Shown in pieces: positions 45,367 to 55,550 of a stretch of 64,000 nt of DNA. Position 1 is the stretch's first letter. Each line of letters opens with the position of its first letter. The stretch covers positions 6,176-70,175 of the forward strand of contig CAVZDJ010000050.1 of assembly GCA_963773975.1 (NCBI GenBank). The letters run 5' to 3'. The position numbers and the translations under genes are program-made. The notes under the pieces were generated by a model. The model made no database searches. It was given only the letters and a program-made list of their open reading frames with translations, and was not told the DNA's origin. This DNA is from an uncultured delta proteobacterium (lineage in GTDB: Bacteria > Desulfobacterota > Binatia > Binatales > Binataceae).

Positions 45367-45711
45367 ATGCCAGCAATCCGGGACGGCGACCACATCCTTG
45401 TGATCGATCGCAAGCTTTTCCACGACGACAATACGCGCTTCTTCGTTGGCGTGGTCGAGGAGTACGACGACCGAGTCATCCGCCTGCGCGGCTTCCCGTT
45501 CCATCTGAGTCCATATGAGGTCACCGGCGTGGAGCGCCATGGCGAGCAGCGGATAAGAGTGCTCTCGATGTCGGGCGATATTTTGCTCTACATGCTGCCG
45601 CGCGAAACCGAACTGGACAAAATGCAACTCCGCCGCTCGCCCAAATCGCTGCAGATGACCGACGGGGGCGCGGTGATGATCGATCTAAGCGAATGGCTGA
45701 TGCGCGCCTGA
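45367..45711 (+). CDS. Hypothetical protein (114 aa)
   Basis: GGAGG RBS before ATG 45367; beta-rich sequence ILVIDRKLF...RFFVGVVEEYD. Confidence 0.8.
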   Translation: MPAIRDGDHILVIDRKLFHDDNTRFFVGVVEEYDDRVIRLRGFPFHLSPYEVTGVERHGEQRIRVLSMSGDILLYMLPRETELDKMQLRRSPKSLQMTDGGAVMIDLSEWLMRA

Positions 45712-46220
45712 CATCGGCGGCGGCCGTCGCTGCCGCGCTCGGCGTACTCCTGTTGATTGCGCTACGGCCGGTGCCGGCGTTCACCCAGGAACAGAGTCAG
45801 GATTCGCAGGAGCAGCAGATGTCGGCGCCGGGGCCAGCGGCGCCGGGATCGATGCCCGGAGCGATGCCGGGACCGATGTCCGGATCATCAATGCCCTCGA
45901 TGCCCGGCTCAACGATGAGCGGGCGCGGCGTCGAGTTGCCGCAGCCGCCGCTGATCACGATGACCGCCGTGCCGGGCTACGGCCCCGCGCCGCTCACCGT
46001 TGGTTTCTTCGTCAACACGGTCGACCCGGAGGGCAAGGGCTTCGTCTCGTACGTATGGAATTTCGGCGACGGGCAGGTCTCGATGGATCCGCCGCTGACT
46101 TTTTTTCACACCTACGCGAACGCCGGCACCTATGTTGCCACGGTGAATGCGACTACCTCGGACGGCCGCACCGCGACCTCGTATGTCGGAGTCACCGTGC
46201 GCCCGAGCATCACAAATTAG
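45693..46220 (+). CDS. Secreted PKD-domain protein with Met/Pro-rich linker
   Basis: Signal peptide, then APLTVGF...SYVWNFGDG...HTYANAGTYVATV PKD motif. Confidence 0.88.
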   Translation: MADARLTSAAAVAAALGVLLLIALRPVPAFTQEQSQDSQEQQMSAPGPAAPGSMPGAMPGPMSGSSMPSMPGSTMSGRGVELPQPPLITMTAVPGYGPAPLTVGFFVNTVDPEGKGFVSYVWNFGDGQVSMDPPLTFFHTYANAGTYVATVNATTSDGRTATSYVGVTVRPSITN

Positions 46221-46279
46221 ATGGCGCAAATTGGATGGCCAGATGAGCAAATGCTGCCGAAGGCAAAAAGGTACGTGAC

Positions 46280-46712
46280 TTAAGACACGGGCCAGGCGTC
46301 GGTAATCAGTTTCAAGTCGAGCCGGAGCGCGGCCTCGTTAAGAGCATTGTCGAAACAGGCGAACGCGACCGGAGCGCGGATGGCAGCCTGCAACAAATCA
46401 GCGGTCGCCAAGTGTACTGCGTCGTAGGCTCTCAAGCGATGCCGTTCAGCCAGCTCCGCGGCCCGGCGCACTGTGGTCACATCCATAGGCAGGCGGTAGA
46501 GTTGGGCCCAATCGCGCTCGAACTCGCGCTTGTGCCATTGCAGCGCCGCGTCGTCAACCTGATCCAGCCGGTACTTTCTGGCTAGCGCGGACCGAGTTTC
46601 GACATAGGCGAGCGATTTGCTCTGCGTTAGGGACAGTCCGTTGGACTTCTGTCGCGCCAGCCTCTTTAGCGTACAGCTTTACCCGTGCGGAAGTGTCGAT
46701 ATAAAGGATCAC
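46280..46712 (-). pseudogene. vapC: VapC/PIN toxin, frameshifted at about 46611
   Basis: GTG 46712 gives MILYIDTSARVKLYAKEAG...EQIA, then a shift to LAYVETRSALARK...LRAYDAVHLATA...FACFDNAL. The PIN acidic residues are split across two frames. Confidence 0.85.
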
Positions 46713-46997
46713 CTGCGATTCTCGAGCACAAGCTCTGCCATCGTCTTCTGACCTTTGCCGATCGCGATTGGCCGTGCAGATCCGCGCGGCTTGCCGCCTG
46801 CGCCCGCGACCAAACCGGGTATCAACCGGAGGCGGCGCTTCAATTCCGCAGGCCGCAGTTCGCCGTCTCCCGTTTCGGAGATGGCCAACAGGCGGGCGAC
46901 AGGACGGCCGCGCGACGTGATGACTACGTCTTCCGGCGCTGACGCGCTCCAGGTATCGAGAGAGCCGTGCCTTTAAATCGCGTACGGATCCCTCCAT
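46709..46997 (-). pseudogene. Phd/YefM antitoxin, frameshifted at about 46933
   Basis: MEGSVRDLKARLSRYLERVSAG, then a shift to EDVVITSRGRPVARLLAI...MAELVLENRR*. The stop overlaps the toxin GTG (GTGA). Confidence 0.85.
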
Positions 46998-47058
46998 GCG
47001 ACCACCCTCTACTCCATGTGGTCACAATCGTCGAGTCCGTCGCATTCTCCCCCATACG

Positions 47059-47775
47059 TCAATCGCCGGACTTGATGATTTCGACCTTGCCGCTCTCCAG
47101 GTTGTAGCGGGCGCCGACGATTTTCAGACTGCCGTCTGCGACGGCTTTTTGAAACAATGGCGAGCGCTCGAGTAACTTCACCTGGTCGGTGACGTTCAAA
47201 TCGATCGCGCGGGATTCGAGATTGTCGCCGCCCTTGCGCCGTGCCTGGTCGACCGCCGGGCAGATGTTGGCGAAGATTTCGGGCAGTTCTGCCGCGGGCT
47301 TGCCCACGCACTCGGTGAGCGCGCCTTTGACCGCCCCGCAGCTCTCGTGACCCAGCACCATGATCAGATTGGTGCCAAGATGACCGACCGCGTAATCGAT
47401 ACTCTCGAGGCCCGCGCGAGTGACCGTATTGCCCGCCACGCGCACCACGAAAAGGCCGCCGAGCCCCTGGTCGAAGATCAATTCCGGGGGCACGCGCGAG
47501 TCCGAACACGACAGGATGACCGCGAATGGGGATTGGCCGCCGGCAAGCTCCGAGCGCCGTTTGGCGTGCAGGTGCGGATGACCGTTTGCGTCGTGCTGAA
47601 AGCGCCGGTTGCCTTCGACCAGTTGCGCGAGGGCTTGAGCGGGAGTCATCGCCGGAGCGCCCGCGTCCGCGGCCGCGTAGACCGCTGAGAGGTGCGTGGT
47701 TCCACAGGTAAAAAGCGTGGCGATCATGACTGCAAACGTCAACTGGATGGCGCGGACGGTGTGCATTGTGCGCAT
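47059..47775 (-). CDS. Beta-carbonic anhydrase with N-terminal signal peptide
   Basis: LVEGNRRF, SCSDSRVPPELIFD, RVAGN and LGHESCGAV. Confidence 0.95.
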   Translation of the reverse strand: MRTMHTVRAIQLTFAVMIATLFTCGTTHLSAVYAAADAGAPAMTPAQALAQLVEGNRRFQHDANGHPHLHAKRRSELAGGQSPFAVILSCSDSRVPPELIFDQGLGGLFVVRVAGNTVTRAGLESIDYAVGHLGTNLIMVLGHESCGAVKGALTECVGKPAAELPEIFANICPAVDQARRKGGDNLESRAIDLNVTDQVKLLERSPLFQKAVADGSLKIVGARYNLESGKVEIIKSGD

Positions 47776-47910
47776 CGGACTTCCCCTCCTTACTTTGGCG
47801 CGCGCAAGTTTATCATCATCGTTGGCCGATTAAAGCCGCCGGCCGCGCGCGCCGCATACGCCGGCCTGATCCGCATTGACAGCAGCGTATCGCTTGGCAA
47901 CTAAGTAGAT

Positions 47911-48402
47911 ATGCGTCGCGCGTGGATTTTTGCTTCGGCAGGATTGGCGATCGTGATGGTTCTTGGCGCCGCCGGATGTCTCTCCGACGCGATCAAGCAG
48001 AACCAGCAGCAACTCGATCAGCAAAAGGCCGAACTGGATCAGCTCAAGCAGCAGGTCGCGGATTTAAAGGCCGCCCAGCAGCCGTCGTACCCGACCGCCG
48101 CGCCCCCGCCGGGCTCGTGCGACAGGGACGTGATGCAGGTGGCGACCAGGCACGGTGGCGAGCGCTTTGCGGCGAGCGAATTCACCAAGGCGCTCGGCTA
48201 TTATCAGGATGCGGTCACCGCGTGCCCGACCAGCGCGCAGGCCCAGCTAAACGTCGCTCGCACGTACGAGGCGCTGGGCGATCGCGAGCAGGCGATGGAC
48301 TACTACAAGCGAACGATCCGGTCCGCGCCATCCGACCACGACGCCGCTCCCGGCGTTTCCGAGCAGGCGCAAGAGGCGCTGACGCGGCTGACCGCGAAGT
48401 AG
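47911..48402 (+). CDS. Lipoprotein with coiled coil and TPR
   Basis: Lipobox AAGC, Gln-rich heptads, and TPR-like KALGYYQDAV...AQLNVARTYEALGDREQAMDYY. Confidence 0.85.
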   Translation: MRRAWIFASAGLAIVMVLGAAGCLSDAIKQNQQQLDQQKAELDQLKQQVADLKAAQQPSYPTAAPPPGSCDRDVMQVATRHGGERFAASEFTKALGYYQDAVTACPTSAQAQLNVARTYEALGDREQAMDYYKRTIRSAPSDHDAAPGVSEQAQEALTRLTAK

Positions 48403-48461
48403 CGGCGGAGGCGATTGAACCGGCTGGCACAACCGAATGCGGGTTAAGGACGGAGGCTCCC

Positions 48462-49256
48462 TTGAAGGACGTATTCAGCGTCGAAGGCAAGGTCACAATC
48501 GTAACCGGCGGCGGCACCGGAATCGGCGCCGTGATCGCGCGCGAGTTCGCGCTGCGCGGAGCGCCGGTGCTGGTCGCGAGCCGCAACGCCGGGCACCTCG
48601 AGCCGGTGCGCGACGGCATCCGCAAGGCCGGCGGCAAGTGCGAGATGGCGGTGTGCGACGTGCGCAACGCCGAGTCGTGCGACGCGCTGGTGGCCGAGGC
48701 GGTCAAGCACTACGGCCGGCTCGACGTGATGATCAACAACCACGGCGCGAGCATCGCCGCGCCCAGCCTCAAGCTCTCGCCCAACGGCTGGCGCGCGGTG
48801 GTCTCGATCAACCTCGACGGCGTGTTCTTCTGCTCCAAGGCGGCCGCCCGCCAGTTTGTCGAGCAAAAGAGCCCCGGCGCGATCATCAACCTGTCCTCGA
48901 CCGCCGGGGTTCATGGCTCGGCCACGATGCTGCCCTACGCGGCGTCCAAGGCCGGCGTGATCAAGCTCACCGAGTCGCAGGCCGCCGAGTGGGGCCATCT
49001 GGGCATCCGCGTCAACTGTATCGCGCCCGGCCCGGTCACCACCGAGGGCGCCGCCGAGCGTATCTGGCCCAATGAGAAGGTCAAAGCGGCGATGCTGCTG
49101 TCGCGCGCGCTGCAGCGCTTCGGCACCTGCGAGGAAATCGCCTACCCGTGCATCTTTCTGGCCTCCGACGCGGCGAGCTTCATCACCGGCGCCCTGCTAG
49201 TCGCCGATGGCGGCAATCTGCGTTACGGCGACGCGCTCCAGGTTCTGCCCGAGTAA
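48462..49256 (+). CDS. Short-chain dehydrogenase/reductase (2,4-dienoyl-CoA reductase-like)
   Basis: TTG start after GGAGG; TGGGTGIG, NNHG, LSPNGWRAVVSINLDG, YAASK and RVNCIAPG. Confidence 0.92.
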   Translation: MKDVFSVEGKVTIVTGGGTGIGAVIAREFALRGAPVLVASRNAGHLEPVRDGIRKAGGKCEMAVCDVRNAESCDALVAEAVKHYGRLDVMINNHGASIAAPSLKLSPNGWRAVVSINLDGVFFCSKAAARQFVEQKSPGAIINLSSTAGVHGSATMLPYAASKAGVIKLTESQAAEWGHLGIRVNCIAPGPVTTEGAAERIWPNEKVKAAMLLSRALQRFGTCEEIAYPCIFLASDAASFITGALLVADGGNLRYGDALQVLPE

Positions 49257-49372
49257 CGGCAAGGCGCGCGGCGGGACGGATGAGGCGCCGCGCGGCGCTT
49301 GTCGCAGCGTGGCGCGCATGGTATCCGAAATCGCGCGGGCGGATTCGGACTGCCGCCGAGGGATAGAAAAAC

Positions 49373-50503
49373 TTGGATTTCGGATTCAGCGAAGAGCAGG
49401 AGATGCTGCGCCAGAGCGCGCGCTCGCTGCTCGAGCGCGAGTGTCCCTCGGCGCACGTGCGCCAGATGATGGACGACGAGCGCGGATACTCATCGGAACT
49501 GTGGCGCAAGATGGCCGGCCTCGGATGGCTCGGCCTGGTGCTGCCCGAGGAGCATGGCGGTGCCGGACTCAACTACGTCGATTTGGTGGTGGTGGCCGAG
49601 GAGATGGGCCGCGTCCTGCTGCCGTCGCCATTCATCTGGACGCTGATGTTTGCCGAGGCGGTGAGCCGCGCCGGCTCCGAGGAGCACAAGCGTCGTTTCC
49701 TTCCGGCGATCGCGCGCGGCGAACTGGTAGCCACGGCCGCCTACCTGGAGGCGAACGGAAGCTGGGAAAAGCGCGGTATCGCGATGGCCGCGCGCAAAAG
49801 CGGCGCTGGCTTCGTGCTCGAAGGCGATAAATTGTTCGTCAACGACGCGCATATCGCGGACTTTTTCCTGGTCGCGGCGCGCACCGGCGGCAAGCGTGGC
49901 GGCGACGTTACGCTGTTTGCGATCGACGCGAAGCGCCCCGGTATCACCGTGACGCCGCTCAAAACGATGGATCAGACGCGCAAGCTCGGCGCGGTCGCGA
50001 TGCGCGGCGTAAAGGCGTCGGCGGCCGACGTCGTGGGCGAGGTCAACCATGGATGGCCAGTGCTGGAGGCCGCGATCGATCGCGCCAAGGTGGCGCTCGC
50101 GGCCGAGATGATGGGCGGGGCGCAAAAGGTGCTCGAGACCACGGTCGAGTACACCAAGGTGCGCGAGCAATTCGGCCGCCCGATCGGCAGCTTCCAGGCT
50201 GTCCAGCACAAGTGCGCAAACATGATGGTCGACGTCGAAGGCGCGAAATCCGCCGTCTACTACGCGGCGTGGGCGGTCAGCAACGACGCGCCTGACGCCA
50301 GGACCGCCGCGGCCGTTGCCAAGGCCGCCGCCGCCGACGCTTTTCGGCGCACCGCCGCCGACGGTATCCAGGTTCACGGCGGGATCGGGTTCACCTGGGA
50401 GCACGATATGCATCTTTATTTCAAGCGCGCCAAGTCCTCGGAGTTCACCTTCGGCGACGCCAATTTCAACCGCGAGATCGTGGCGCAATTGATCGGCTTA
50501 TAA
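49373..50503 (+). CDS. Acyl-CoA dehydrogenase family protein
   Basis: MDFGFSEEQEMLR, GWLGL, REQFGRPIGSFQAVQH and IQVHGGIGFTWEH. Confidence 0.95.
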   Translation: MDFGFSEEQEMLRQSARSLLERECPSAHVRQMMDDERGYSSELWRKMAGLGWLGLVLPEEHGGAGLNYVDLVVVAEEMGRVLLPSPFIWTLMFAEAVSRAGSEEHKRRFLPAIARGELVATAAYLEANGSWEKRGIAMAARKSGAGFVLEGDKLFVNDAHIADFFLVAARTGGKRGGDVTLFAIDAKRPGITVTPLKTMDQTRKLGAVAMRGVKASAADVVGEVNHGWPVLEAAIDRAKVALAAEMMGGAQKVLETTVEYTKVREQFGRPIGSFQAVQHKCANMMVDVEGAKSAVYYAAWAVSNDAPDARTAAAVAKAAAADAFRRTAADGIQVHGGIGFTWEHDMHLYFKRAKSSEFTFGDANFNREIVAQLIGL

Positions 50504-50575
50504 AATTGAGCGGCTTATAAATCGATCGCGACGGCGGCGCGCCCGCGCGGGCCGCTCGAGGAGAGTGTTTCGGCG

Positions 50576-51034
50576 ATGGTGGACAAAAGCATAGTTGGCA
50601 AAACCGGCAAACCGTTCTCGATGCCGATCGAATGGAGCAAGGTGCGCGAGTTTGCCCGCGCGGTTCGCGATCCCAATCCGGTTTATTTCGATCCCGAGCT
50701 GGCTAAAAAAGAATGCGGCGGGATTCCAATACCGGTCACTTTTCTCCAGACCAGCGCGTTCTGGCAGACCGCCGAGTCGACGCCGCCGCTCGACATGTTC
50801 GATATGCGGCGTATTCTGCACGGCGAGCAGGAGTTCGAGTTCTTCAAGCCGATCCTCGTGGGCGACACCTTAACCGGCGTCGCGCGCGTTGCCGACATCT
50901 ACGAAAAGGAAGGCGGGCGCGGCGGCAAGATGACTTTCCTGGCGGTCGAGACGACCTACACCAATCAGAAAAACGAGAAAGTCGCGCTCTCGCGCTTCGT
51001 GCTGGTCGAGACCGGCCAGGCAGTCGGCGGATGA
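50576..51034 (+). CDS. MaoC/FAS1-like hot-dog dehydratase, N-terminal-type subunit
   Basis: IEWSKVREFARAVRDPNPVY...PVTF...LHGEQEFEFFKPILVGD. Confidence 0.9.
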   Translation: MVDKSIVGKTGKPFSMPIEWSKVREFARAVRDPNPVYFDPELAKKECGGIPIPVTFLQTSAFWQTAESTPPLDMFDMRRILHGEQEFEFFKPILVGDTLTGVARVADIYEKEGGRGGKMTFLAVETTYTNQKNEKVALSRFVLVETGQAVGG

Positions 51035-51095
51035 GCCGAGCGGCCAGGCGACCGGAAGTGCGCACGAAAAAATTCACATCAAGATGAGGCGGCAC

Positions 51096-51518
51096 ATGGC
51101 ATCGAAACTGAAATACGACACGGTAAAAGTCGGCGATTCGATTCCGACGGTCAAGATCGACAACGTCTCGCGGCCCGACTTCGTCCGCTATGCCGGCGCC
51201 TCGGGCGACTTCGTACCGCTGCACTACGATCAGACTTTCGTCGAGGCGGCCGGTATCCCGACCGTGTTCGCGCAGGGGATGTGGACGGCGGGATGTCTTT
51301 CGCGATGCCTGACGGATTTTGCCGGCGCCGGCCAGGTCCGCCACTTCAAGGTGCGCTTCGCGCGGCAGGTGTGGCCGGGCGATACGCTGACCTGCCGCGG
51401 CACAGTGACCGCCAAAAACGAAGCCAACGGCGAAAAACTGGTCGAAGGCGAGCTCGAAGTGGTTAATCAGAAGGGCGAGGCCACGGTCAAAGGCGCCTTT
51501 CGCGTCGCTGCGGCGTAG
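51096..51518 (+). CDS. MaoC-like dehydratase subunit
   Basis: YAGASGDFVPLHYD hydratase motif and VRFARQVWPGD. Confidence 0.92.
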   Translation: MASKLKYDTVKVGDSIPTVKIDNVSRPDFVRYAGASGDFVPLHYDQTFVEAAGIPTVFAQGMWTAGCLSRCLTDFAGAGQVRHFKVRFARQVWPGDTLTCRGTVTAKNEANGEKLVEGELEVVNQKGEATVKGAFRVAAA

Positions 51519-51575
51519 CCATCGCTCGATCCCACTGTGGCGCGTGGGGCGCCCCGAACCTAGACTTGGAATGCG

Positions 51576-53033
51576 ATGCCCGAACCGCGTTACGTCATCA
51601 TCCACGGCCATTTTTACCAGCCGCCGCGTGAAAGCCCATGGACCGGTCTCATCAGTCCCGAGCCCGGCGCCGCGCCGTTCCCGAACTGGAACGAGAAGAT
51701 TCTGAGCGAGTGTTATATCGCCAACGGTCGCGCGCACATCATGGAAGGGCGCGTGGCCCATATCCGCAACAATTACGCCGCGCTCAACTTTGACTTCGGC
51801 CCGACGCTGATTAGCTGGCTGGAGCGCCATGGCGCGCATGCCTACCGCGCGATCCGCCACGGCGACCAGCACAGCGTCGCGGAGCACAGCGGATGTGGCA
51901 ACGCGATCGCGCAATCCTACAACCATTCGATCCTGCCGCTGCTGCGCCCGCGCGACCGCGCGTTGCAAATCGCCTGGGGGATCGAGGATTTCGTCGCGCG
52001 CTTCAAACGCCGGCCCCAAGGGATGTGGCTGCCGGAATGCGCCGCCGATCACGACACGCTGCGCGACGTCGCGGCGGCCGGAATGAAATTCATCATCCTG
52101 GCGCCCGAGCAGGGCGCGTTTCGCGGCGCGGCGGCGGAGCGCCGCGGCGCGGGTCCGTTCATCTGGCGCTCGGAAGCACTGAGCCTCGCGGTCTTTCGTT
52201 TCGACCGCGACCTTTCGCGCACGGTTTCTTTCGACAACGGTCTGAAAGACGGCCGTGAACTGGCGAATTCGATCGCCGAAGCGGCGGCGCAGATCGAGCC
52301 CGGCGAGGTCGTGATGATCGCGACCGACGGCGAGACCTTCGGCCATCACAAGCGGCACGGCGACGCCGAACTGGCCCGCGCGATCGACGCGCTGGAGATG
52401 CGCGACGACGTGCGGCCCACCAACTGCGCCGAGTACCTTGCGCACTTTCCGGCGGGCGCGGGCAGTTTCGAGATCGACGCGCCGAGTTCATGGAGCTGTC
52501 CACACGGGGTCGAACGATGGCGCGCGGCGTGCGGCTGCCGGATGGACGCGGCGACCAATCAGGATTGGCGCGAACCGCTGCGCGAGGCGATGGACTTCGT
52601 AAACAATCATGCCTCGGCGGTTTACGAGCGTTTCGCGCCGCCGCTGGCCGACGACGCCGCGGCCGCGCTCCTCGAATCGATCCGGCTCGCGATCGACGCC
52701 AACCCGGCGCTGGCCGAGGAATTCTTCGTCCGTCATCGCGTAACGAACGAGGCCAACCGGGAGAGCCTGATGCGCCTGTTCGAGATGGAGCGCGCGGCGC
52801 AGGCGGCGCTGACCAGTTGCGCGTGGTTCTTCGACGACTTTGGCGGGCCCGAGGGGCGCGTAGTGTTGCGATGGGCCGCGCGCGCGGTCGAGCTGGCGGC
52901 GGAGTTCGCACTCGGCGTCGAGCCCGAGCTGCTCGAGCGGCTGCGCCAGATTCGCTCCAACCGCCGCGAGATCGGCGACGCCGCCACGCTATACTTGAGT
53001 CTCAAGACACGAGAAGCACGCGGGAGGGTATGA
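51576..53033 (+). CDS. Glycoside hydrolase family 57 / DUF3536 protein
   Basis: [51 protein letters not shown] and TSCAWFFDD. Confidence 0.92.
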   Translation: MPEPRYVIIHGHFYQPPRESPWTGLISPEPGAAPFPNWNEKILSECYIANGRAHIMEGRVAHIRNNYAALNFDFGPTLISWLERHGAHAYRAIRHGDQHSVAEHSGCGNAIAQSYNHSILPLLRPRDRALQIAWGIEDFVARFKRRPQGMWLPECAADHDTLRDVAAAGMKFIILAPEQGAFRGAAAERRGAGPFIWRSEALSLAVFRFDRDLSRTVSFDNGLKDGRELANSIAEAAAQIEPGEVVMIATDGETFGHHKRHGDAELARAIDALEMRDDVRPTNCAEYLAHFPAGAGSFEIDAPSSWSCPHGVERWRAACGCRMDAATNQDWREPLREAMDFVNNHASAVYERFAPPLADDAAAALLESIRLAIDANPALAEEFFVRHRVTNEANRESLMRLFEMERAAQAALTSCAWFFDDFGGPEGRVVLRWAARAVELAAEFALGVEPELLERLRQIRSNRREIGDAATLYLSLKTREARGRV

Positions 53034-53038
53034 TTGCC

Positions 53039-54997
53039 ATGGCAGAAACCCACCACGACGATATCGAATCGATCCTTCGCGAGGGCCGCAAGTTTTCTCC
53101 GGCGCCCGAATTCAGCCGCGCGGCCCACGTCAAGAGCATGGCCGAGTACGAAGCGCTCTACCGACGCGCCGAGCAGGACCCCGAAGCATTCTGGGGCGAA
53201 TGTGCGAAGGAGCTGAGCTGGTTCAAGCCCTTCAATAAAGTCCTGGAATGGAATTTCCCGTTCGCCAAGTGGTTCCTCAACGGCAAGCTCAACGCGTCGT
53301 ACAACTGCCTCGACCGCCATCTGAATACCGCGCGGCGCAACAAGGCGGCGCTCATCTGGGAGGGCGAGCCGGGCGACGTTCGCGTGCTGACCTACCAGAT
53401 GCTGGCGAGCGAGGTTGCGCGCGCGGCCAACGCGCTCAAGAGCCTCGGCGTGAAGGAGGGCGACCGCGTCGCGATCTACATGCCGCTGGTGCCCGAGGCG
53501 ATGATCGCGATGCTCGCGTGCGCGCGTATCGGCGCGATCCATTCGGTTATCTTCGGCGGCTTTTCGGCCGAGGCGCTGGTCGATCGGATCAATGATGCCG
53601 AGGCCAAGGTCTGCATCACCGCCGACGGCGGATGGCGCCGCGGACAGCAGATTCCGCTCAAGCCTAACGTCGACGAGGCGCTCAAACGATGCCCCTCGGT
53701 GGTGCATTGCGTAGTGCTGCGGCGCACCGGCGCCAAGGTCGAGATGCGCAAGGGGCGCGACGTCTGGTGGGACGAGCTGGTCGCGCAACAAAGCTCCTTA
53801 TGCGCGCCGGCCGAGCTCGACGCCGAGCATCCGCTTTACACGCTCTACACCTCGGGCACCACCGGCAAGCCCAAGGGCGTCGTGCACGCGACCGGCGGCT
53901 ACCTCGTGCACACGCTGATGACGATGAAGTGGGTGTTCGATCTCAAGGAGGATGACATCTACTGGTGCACTGCCGACATCGGCTGGGTCACTGGTCACAG
54001 CTACACCGTGTACGGTCCGCTCGCGGCCGGGGCGACGGTGGTGATGTACGAGGGGGCGCCGAATTTTCCCGAGAACGATCGCTTCTGGCGGATAATCGAG
54101 AAATACCGCGTCAATATTCTCTATACCGCGCCGACCGCGATCCGCACTTTCATCAAGTGGGGCGATTCGTGGGTCAAGAAACATGATCTCTCGAGCCTCA
54201 GGCTACTTGGCACGGTCGGCGAGCCGATCAATCCCGAGGCCTGGATCTGGTACCACAAGGTGATCGGCGGCGAACGCTGTCCGATCGTCGATACCTGGTG
54301 GCAGACGGAGACCGGCGGGATCATGATCGCGCCGATGCCCGGCGCGATTCCGACCAAGCCGGGATCGGCGACGCGTCCGATTCCAGGCGTCGCCGCCGAG
54401 GTCGTCACGCGCGAGGGCAAACCCGTCGGCGCCAATCAGGGCGGGCTGCTGATAATCCGCCGCCCGTGGCCCGGGATGCTGCGCACGATCTTTCGCGACC
54501 CCGAGCGCTACAAACAGCAGTACTTCAGTCAAATCGAGGGCGCGTACTTCACCGGCGACGGCGCGCGGCGCGACCAGGACGGCTACTTCTGGATCATGGG
54601 GCGCGTCGACGACGTGATTAACGTCTCGGGCCATCGGTTGGGCACGATGGAGATCGAGAGCGCGCTGGTTTCGCATCCGACGGTCGCCGAGGCGGCGGTG
54701 GTCGGCAGGCCCGACGAAATGAAGGGCCAGGCGGTGGTCGCGTTCGTGACGTTGGAGGGCGCGCGCCACGGCGACGCGAAGCTGCGCGATGAACTGCGCC
54801 AGCACGTGGTCAAGGAGATCGGCGCGCTCGCGCGTCCCGACGACCTGCGCTTCACTGACGCGCTGCCGAAAACGCGGAGCGGCAAGATCATGCGCCGCCT
54901 GCTGCGCCAAATCGCGTCGGGCGACGAGAAGCTGGGCGACACCACCACGCTCGAGGATCTATCGGTGCTGGCCCGCCTGCGCGAAGACGACGAGTAG
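53039..54997 (+). CDS. acs: Acetyl-CoA synthetase
   Basis: [41 protein letters not shown] and [12 protein letters not shown]. Confidence 0.97.
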   Translation: MAETHHDDIESILREGRKFSPAPEFSRAAHVKSMAEYEALYRRAEQDPEAFWGECAKELSWFKPFNKVLEWNFPFAKWFLNGKLNASYNCLDRHLNTARRNKAALIWEGEPGDVRVLTYQMLASEVARAANALKSLGVKEGDRVAIYMPLVPEAMIAMLACARIGAIHSVIFGGFSAEALVDRINDAEAKVCITADGGWRRGQQIPLKPNVDEALKRCPSVVHCVVLRRTGAKVEMRKGRDVWWDELVAQQSSLCAPAELDAEHPLYTLYTSGTTGKPKGVVHATGGYLVHTLMTMKWVFDLKEDDIYWCTADIGWVTGHSYTVYGPLAAGATVVMYEGAPNFPENDRFWRIIEKYRVNILYTAPTAIRTFIKWGDSWVKKHDLSSLRLLGTVGEPINPEAWIWYHKVIGGERCPIVDTWWQTETGGIMIAPMPGAIPTKPGSATRPIPGVAAEVVTREGKPVGANQGGLLIIRRPWPGMLRTIFRDPERYKQQYFSQIEGAYFTGDGARRDQDGYFWIMGRVDDVINVSGHRLGTMEIESALVSHPTVAEAAVVGRPDEMKGQAVVAFVTLEGARHGDAKLRDELRQHVVKEIGALARPDDLRFTDALPKTRSGKIMRRLLRQIASGDEKLGDTTTLEDLSVLARLREDDE

Positions 54998-55137
54998 CGG
55001 GTGATAACCGGCACGTACGCCGAAGGGCGGATTCCGCACCTGCGCCGAAGGGCGTGCGCCCCGTCTTCTTCCTTACCGCTTTAGACTCGGCGCCGGCGCG
55101 GCGGCTCGCGGCCGCAGGTTTGCCTCGGCAAGTCCGC

Positions 55138-55365
55138 TTAGCGGATCCAGCGCCAGTGGCCGCCAATCAGCCGCCAGTGCCCTACGGGGCGATACGCGTA
55201 GCCCGGACCATATCCATAGGCCGGACGGTAGGGGTACGCCGGGCGATGGATGCTCCACCAGTGGGCGTCGTGATGGTAGTAATGATCCTGCGCGGACGCC
55301 GACCCGGCGAATAATGCGCCAGCCATCGCGACAGTTACCACCAAGGTTGCGATCTTTTTTTTCAC
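55138..55365 (-). CDS. Small secreted His/Tyr/Trp-rich protein (75 aa)
   Basis: GGAGG RBS, GTG start, signal peptide MKKKIATLVV...ASA, and mature part DHYYHHDAHWW...GHWRLIGGHWRWIR. Confidence 0.8.
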   Translation of the reverse strand: MKKKIATLVVTVAMAGALFAGSASAQDHYYHHDAHWWSIHRPAYPYRPAYGYGPGYAYRPVGHWRLIGGHWRWIR

Positions 55366-55550
55366 GTTTCCTACCTCCGTGCCATCGGGGAAGCGAAAAG
55401 GCGAAACCGTCGGATTTCAGCAAGCGTCGCGGTTTCGGCCGTGTTGCGTCGCTCGAGCGTCAGGCGGTTCATTTTCCACGCCCTCTTCCTTCTGCTCTTT
55501 AAGACGCTGGCCATTGATGGAGGTTACGGGCGAGGTTATAGGGGACCGCC

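Noticed and set aside
46240-47050. Prophage or genomic island around the TA pair
   Set aside because: No integrase, transposase, tRNA or att-like repeats were seen; only about 0.8 kb looks atypical.
48425-48440. TGGCACAACCGAATGC as a sigma54 promoter
   Set aside because: The GG-GC spacing is one base too long for the strict -24/-12 geometry.
47922-48461. N-terminal extension of the 444-aa SDR ORF suggesting a fusion
   Set aside because: It overlaps the TPR lipoprotein in another frame; the SDR has its own RBS and TTG at 48462.
52490-53038. N-terminal extension making Acs 835 aa
   Set aside because: Alternative frame of the GH57 gene; Acs homology begins at about 53039.
55011-55058. Tandem CGCCGAAGG as a glycine riboswitch
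   Set aside because: It lacks the GGAGA and CTCTCAGG elements and lies between convergent 3' ends.
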